DNA of 64,000 bases from an uncultured bacterium (GTDB taxonomy: Bacteria > Verrucomicrobiota > Kiritimatiellia > PWTM01). Made by a program: the position numbers and the translations under genes. This document shows, one piece after another, positions 60,091 through 64,000 of the stretch. Within the stretch, counting starts at the first letter, position 1; every line of letters begins with the position of its first letter. The notes beneath the pieces are model-generated. The model was not told the origin of the DNA. It saw nothing but the letters and a program-made list of their open reading frames with translations, and made no database searches. The stretch spans positions 38,754-102,753 of the forward strand of contig CALLFZ010000020.1 of the NCBI GenBank assembly GCA_938010045.1, read 5' to 3'.

Positions 60091-60655
60091 CGCCGCCTTC
60101 CTCCGGCACGGACGGCTCCGAGGTGCCCGCCGCGACCACCACCTGCGCAGCCCGCAGCAGCCGCTCGCCGATCCGATAGCCTTTCTTCAGAACGCGAACG
60201 ACCGTATCGGGTCGGGCATCGGGCGACGGCTCGTGCGCGACCGCCTCGTGTTGGTGGGGATCGAACGGCCGTCCCAGCGCCTCGATTTCCTCCACTCCCC
60301 AGCGCTTCAGCGCCTCGACAAACTGCCCGCGCACGGCCTCGAACCCGGCTCGCACGCCATTCGAAATACCTGCTCGCGCCGCCGCCTCCAGCCCCATCTC
60401 AAAATGGTCGATCACCGGCAGGAGGTCCGCGAGCAGTTCCTCGATGACCTGCCGGCGCAGTTCCAGCCGCTCGCGCTGTGATCGCTTCCGAAAATTGTCG
60501 AAATCGGCTTGCAGACGCAGCAACCGGTCGTTCAACGCCGCAATGTCAGCCTGCAGGGTCTCGGTCTCCGCGCTCGACGCAGCGGCGCTCGCGCCCGGCG
60601 CGGAATCAGCGGCCGCATGGGGAGCCGCTTCGCTCTGCTTCACATCATCGTTCAT
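60083..60655 (-). CDS. grpE: Nucleotide exchange factor GrpE
   Basis: The coiled-coil plus beta-domain region ([13 protein letters not shown]...[20 protein letters not shown]) is GrpE-typical. Confidence 0.88.
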   Translation of the reverse strand: MNDDVKQSEAAPHAAADSAPGASAAASSAETETLQADIAALNDRLLRLQADFDNFRKRSQRERLELRRQVIEELLADLLPVIDHFEMGLEAAARAGISNGVRAGFEAVRGQFVEALKRWGVEEIEALGRPFDPHQHEAVAHEPSPDARPDTVVRVLKKGYRIGERLLRAAQVVVAAGTSEPSVPEEGGDA

Positions 60656-60766
60656 AGGTGACCGCATGAATCCTGTTCGCGATTGAACTGTGAGGATATC
60701 ACATCCGACGATTTGCGACCGTACGGGAAACGAACCCGATGAGACGCCCGTCTCAACTCGACGGGG

Positions 60767-61531
60767 TCACCACCCCATGCCGGGTGGCCGCGGCCCCAAC
60801 CGTGGCCCCCCCTCCCCCATCCCGAAGTTGTAGGGCCAGGTGCTCACACCGGCGGAGGAGGAACGATTCCACCCGGCTCGCGCGTGACAGTCCGGACGAC
60901 GGTCGAGCCACGCCGGTCCCTCGCCGAAGTGATCGGCGAAGGTCCATGGGCGAACGAAATACACGGTGGTGCCGCCCGCGACCATGTACGGAGGCGCATA
61001 TTCGCGCCCCGCGGAGCGCCGCACACTCTCGGAGGCGTAGCGGCTCAGCTCTGCGGCCACCTCTCGCGCGTGGGCCTCGCGCCGGCGCTCCTCCGCTAAC
61101 GCGCGCTGTGCATCGAGCAGTGGGCCCGCAATCGACACCTCGGGGTACATGCGCGAGAACTCCGCGAGCCGCTCGATCTGCTCCGCCGGGCTCATCATGC
61201 GGTAGCCCGCGCTCTCGACCAGCTCCCGCAAGGCTTCGTCTCCGCGCGCGCGGCGCGAACGACGAGCGGCCTCGATCCGCTGCCGCGCCTCCCATTCGGC
61301 CCTCTGGCGAGCCCGCGTGTCCTCCTCCGAACGCCACTCCACGATGGTCACGCGTCCCTCGCGCAACTGCACGACACCCATAGGATAATAGAGAATCTCG
61401 ATCCCCCCGCCCCGAATGTGACCGCTGGGCGAGCCTAGCTCCGCCAGCACCCTGTCCCGCGAGTCCCCGACCTCCACGGCACCCGCCGCCGAGATCGCCA
61501 GCCAGGGCCACCACCGGATCCACCACCGCAT
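60767..61531 (-). CDS. Hypothetical secreted/membrane-anchored protein with central coiled-coil
   Basis: The N-terminus is hydrophobic (WWPWLAISAAGA) and the middle is Arg/Glu-rich and helical. No known domain was recognised. Confidence 0.35.
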   Translation of the reverse strand: MRWWIRWWPWLAISAAGAVEVGDSRDRVLAELGSPSGHIRGGGIEILYYPMGVVQLREGRVTIVEWRSEEDTRARQRAEWEARQRIEAARRSRRARGDEALRELVESAGYRMMSPAEQIERLAEFSRMYPEVSIAGPLLDAQRALAEERRREAHAREVAAELSRYASESVRRSAGREYAPPYMVAGGTTVYFVRPWTFADHFGEGPAWLDRRPDCHARAGWNRSSSAGVSTWPYNFGMGEGGPRLGPRPPGMGW

Positions 61532-61840
61532 CGCACTCACTCCCACGCCAATCTAAACCGTCCGCACCTTATTGCAAGCCCGCGTGCCCTCATCCGTTGC
61601 TGCAGAACCGTGGCCCCCAAACGACATCTGCTCAGGCCGCCCGCGGTGAGCTCGCGATCAACACGTCACCGGGACACCCGAGTGCTCGCCACCCCCGAGC
61701 CCCGCGACCCCCGGAGCCCGCCGCAGCTCGATGCGTTGGGCCGCGCGCTCGGCGCGCCCACCCACATCCGATGAGCGGCACCGCTGACTCTCCACCCGGC
61801 TCGCGATGGCGCACGCCGCCGCTCGCCAGCCCTAGGGCGT

Positions 61841-63169
61841 TCAACGAGTCACCCGTTCGCCGCACGCCGACAACTCCGCTGACGACGGCGCGCCCTCCCG
61901 CATCGCCTCGATGAACTTCAGAAACGCCCGTACGTCGTGATAGTTCGCCTTCCACGAATGTGCGCGCGCTGTTCGGGCGGACCGGCCGTCCTCCTCCACG
62001 GACTCCCACCACACGCCTGTTTCCGGGTCGGTCATCCAGCGGTCGACAAACTCCCACAATTGCCGCATCGCGGCCGCCCAGCGCGAATCCCGATTATGCC
62101 TCCAGGCTTCGGAGAGAGCCGCGAGCATCTCCGCCTGTACCCACCACACCTTCTTGCGGTCGCTCGCCGGCCGGTCGTCCTCCCCCCGGTGGTACAGGCC
62201 ACCCCGCTCGGCGTCCCAGCCCCATCGCAGCGCGTGATCGAGATGGGCGCGCAAATGTCCCACCGACCGGGGCCAGCCCAGCGCATGCTCAGCCTCGAGC
62301 ATCAGCCATCCGAACTCGACATTGTGCCCGTACGAAAGGCCTGCGTGGCGCGGATCGGTCACCGGCGACCAGTCCGGATGGCGGTGAAAACACGATCGTC
62401 CCGGCTCCGCGGGATAGAAGATCTCTCGATTGATCCGCAGCGACTCTTCGAGCGCGGCCCGAACGTCCGGATCGCGCGTCTCCGCGTATAATTCCGTGAA
62501 CGCTTCCATCAAATGCAGGTGCGCGTTCGCGCTCTTCAGCCCCGCCACCTCGGGGATGCCAGCCGGATCCCGGAGAGGCAACGGCGTCCAATCCCTCTCG
62601 AAATGCTCGATCCAGCCGCCGTGAACACGATCGTACGCCCGCTCGCGCAGCCGCCGAAACCAGCGCAGCGCCTGCCCCAAAGGCTCGCGGTCCCCCGTCG
62701 CCCGCGCGACTTCCACAAGCGCGTAGATGCCGAACGATTGGCCGTACATCATCTTCCGCGGGTTGACCGGCCGACCGTCCGCCCCCACCGCCCAGAACGC
62801 CCCGCCATGTTCGGAATCCCAGAACCTCGCCATCAGGTACTGATACCCCTCCGCGGCCGCCTTTCCGTAGTCGTGGTTCGCATCGCTGTAGCCGAGACGG
62901 TGAACCCGCGCGAACGTCCAGATCATTCGGGACTGCGTGACGAGAGCGCGGGTCGGCGGCAGGCCGGCCGGCGGATCGTCAAGCACCCAGCCCTCCCGCG
63001 CCACATCGCGACCGCGCGAATACCAGTACGGCAACATGCGCTCGCGCAAATCCCGATCGAGACGTGCCGCCCGCCCCCTGAGCCATGCGACGTCATCGCC
63101 GCCGGCCGCGCGGGCAACCGACAACGCTCCGAGGATCCACGCCACCCCGGCGATCGCGGGCGATCTCAT
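61841..63169 (-). CDS. N-acylglucosamine 2-epimerase (AGE) family protein, secreted
   Basis: An alpha/alpha-toroid AGE-like region is present (WYSRGRD...MIWTFARVH...MMYGQSFGIYAL). It follows a signal peptide. The start is at the internal ATG 63169. Confidence 0.75.
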   Translation of the reverse strand: MRSPAIAGVAWILGALSVARAAGGDDVAWLRGRAARLDRDLRERMLPYWYSRGRDVAREGWVLDDPPAGLPPTRALVTQSRMIWTFARVHRLGYSDANHDYGKAAAEGYQYLMARFWDSEHGGAFWAVGADGRPVNPRKMMYGQSFGIYALVEVARATGDREPLGQALRWFRRLRERAYDRVHGGWIEHFERDWTPLPLRDPAGIPEVAGLKSANAHLHLMEAFTELYAETRDPDVRAALEESLRINREIFYPAEPGRSCFHRHPDWSPVTDPRHAGLSYGHNVEFGWLMLEAEHALGWPRSVGHLRAHLDHALRWGWDAERGGLYHRGEDDRPASDRKKVWWVQAEMLAALSEAWRHNRDSRWAAAMRQLWEFVDRWMTDPETGVWWESVEEDGRSARTARAHSWKANYHDVRAFLKFIEAMREGAPSSAELSACGERVTR

Positions 63170-63252
63170 GATCCCACGCCCCTCAACAACGACGATCCGA
63201 CGGATCAGTGTGATCCGTCGGATCCGTCCGATCCATCCACCCTGCGTTCCGC

Positions 63253-64000
63253 TCAACGCAGCCGGCGCCGCAACAGCACCGCCGCGGCCATCATGCTCAG
63301 CAGTCCCAGCACTGAGGGTTCCGGAATCACCGTGAGCGTCACGTCGTCATTGTAGCCAGGTAGCGTCCCGTAGTTGATTTGGAACTGGTTCACGCCGGCC
63401 ATGAACGTCGCGCCGTCCGGCAATCCGGCGAACGTACTGCTATCGATCGCGCTCCACCCGCTAATCACTGGGAACACGAACCCGAGCGTTAATGGGTTCG
63501 GCGCAATGACCGACAGCGTTCCGCCGCCCGGCGTCAGCGTCGCACCCGTTTGCATCAGCACCTGATCCCACTGTCCGGCGAGCGTGCCGAGCACCTCCAC
63601 TTCGAACGTGCCGCCCGAGTCGAAATCGAGATCGCCCGTCACCGTCAGCACGCCCGGGCTGAGGCCCGGCGACAGCGTTGAACCGTTGTCCACAATTAGA
63701 CCGCCGGCCAGTGTGCCATTGCCCTTCAGCGTTTGACCGCTTCCCAGCGTCAGCGTGCCGCCCGGCAGTCCAGTGACGTCGAGCGTCGCGCCCGCGTGAA
63801 TCTGGAGCACGGGGCTCGCGGGTGCCGTGGCACCGGCCAGTTGCAATGTGCCATTCGCCACGACCGTGTTCCCCGTCCACAGCGCGTTCCCCTCCAGCCG
63901 CAGAATGCCAGCGCCGGCCTTGGTCAGCGCGGCGCCCACGAACCCCTCGATCACGTCATGTTTCACCGTCACCTGTACGCCTGAAGTCACCGTCAAGGTC
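63253..64000 (-). CDS. PEP-CTERM sorting-domain protein (N-terminus beyond window)
   Basis: The C-terminus is VIPEPSVLGLLSMMAAAVLLRRRLR (PEP-CTERM). The body consists of Gly/Thr-rich beta-repeats. Confidence 0.6.
   Translation of the reverse strand, partial: TLTVTSGVQVTVKHDVIEGFVGAALTKAGAGILRLEGNALWTGNTVVANGTLQLAGATAPASPVLQIHAGATLDVTGLPGGTLTLGSGQTLKGNGTLAGGLIVDNGSTLSPGLSPGVLTVTGDLDFDSGGTFEVEVLGTLAGQWDQVLMQTGATLTPGGGTLSVIAPNPLTLGFVFPVISGWSAIDSSTFAGLPDGATFMAGVNQFQINYGTLPGYNDDVTLTVIPEPSVLGLLSMMAAAVLLRRRLR

Noticed and set aside
60693-60707. CRP-type TGTGA-N6-TCACA site upstream of grpE
   Set aside because: The half-sites are spaced N5 (TGTGAGGATATCACA), not N6, and the second half-site is imperfect. 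It is mentioned only as a possible operator, not called as a CRP site.

Overview
This is a 64-kb, roughly 68% GC bacterial chromosomal window. PEP-CTERM, DUF1559 pseudopilin, Tat-signal Gfo/Idh/MocA and parallel beta-helix genes suggest a Verrucomicrobia- or Planctomycetes-like organism, but that is inference only. A partial infB opens a conserved infB-rbfA-truB-ribF-rplU-rpmA-obg block at 1-5.3 kb. An unbroken run of minus-strand genes follows from 5.4 to 28.8 kb. It starts with a start/stop-overlap-coupled glycan cluster that looks like GDP-heptose biosynthesis (HddC-like, HddA-like, transaldolase, GmhA), followed by three oxidoreductases, a GT9 heptosyltransferase and a flippase. The run continues with leuDC, tRNA-Arg(CCG), serC, an ECF sigma/anti-sigma trio, Crp/Fnr, uppP, a secreted FAD-dependent oxidoreductase, DUF1015, patatin, a DUF1559 pseudopilin-like protein and two Tat-signal Gfo/Idh/MocA enzymes. 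The middle of the window (29.9-47.4 kb) carries AraC-regulated carbohydrate genes: an SSF symporter with a galactokinase-like GHMP kinase, a class II aldolase-like protein, a UroD-family protein, GH2, a beta-helix protein and an MFS-transporter remnant. It also carries an FHA protein coupled to a class IV aminotransferase, and GT2/GT4 glycosyltransferases. The end of the window holds xerD, purC, pepA, an Rrf2-headed sulfur amino-acid operon (metY-osmC-CBS-CGL-cysK), rsmE-dnaJ-grpE, an AGE-family epimerase and a partial PEP-CTERM protein. The most unusual content is two paralogous non-coding islands of about 0.9-1.2 kb (28.8-29.96 kb and 51.08-51.95 kb). Both are built from shuffled GGGGACAGGCAC / GTGCCTGTCCCC inverted-repeat modules, with a third short copy near tRNA-Arg, and one carries a promoter-plus-terminator small-RNA candidate. 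All functional calls rest on motif recognition in the supplied translations; no searches were run.
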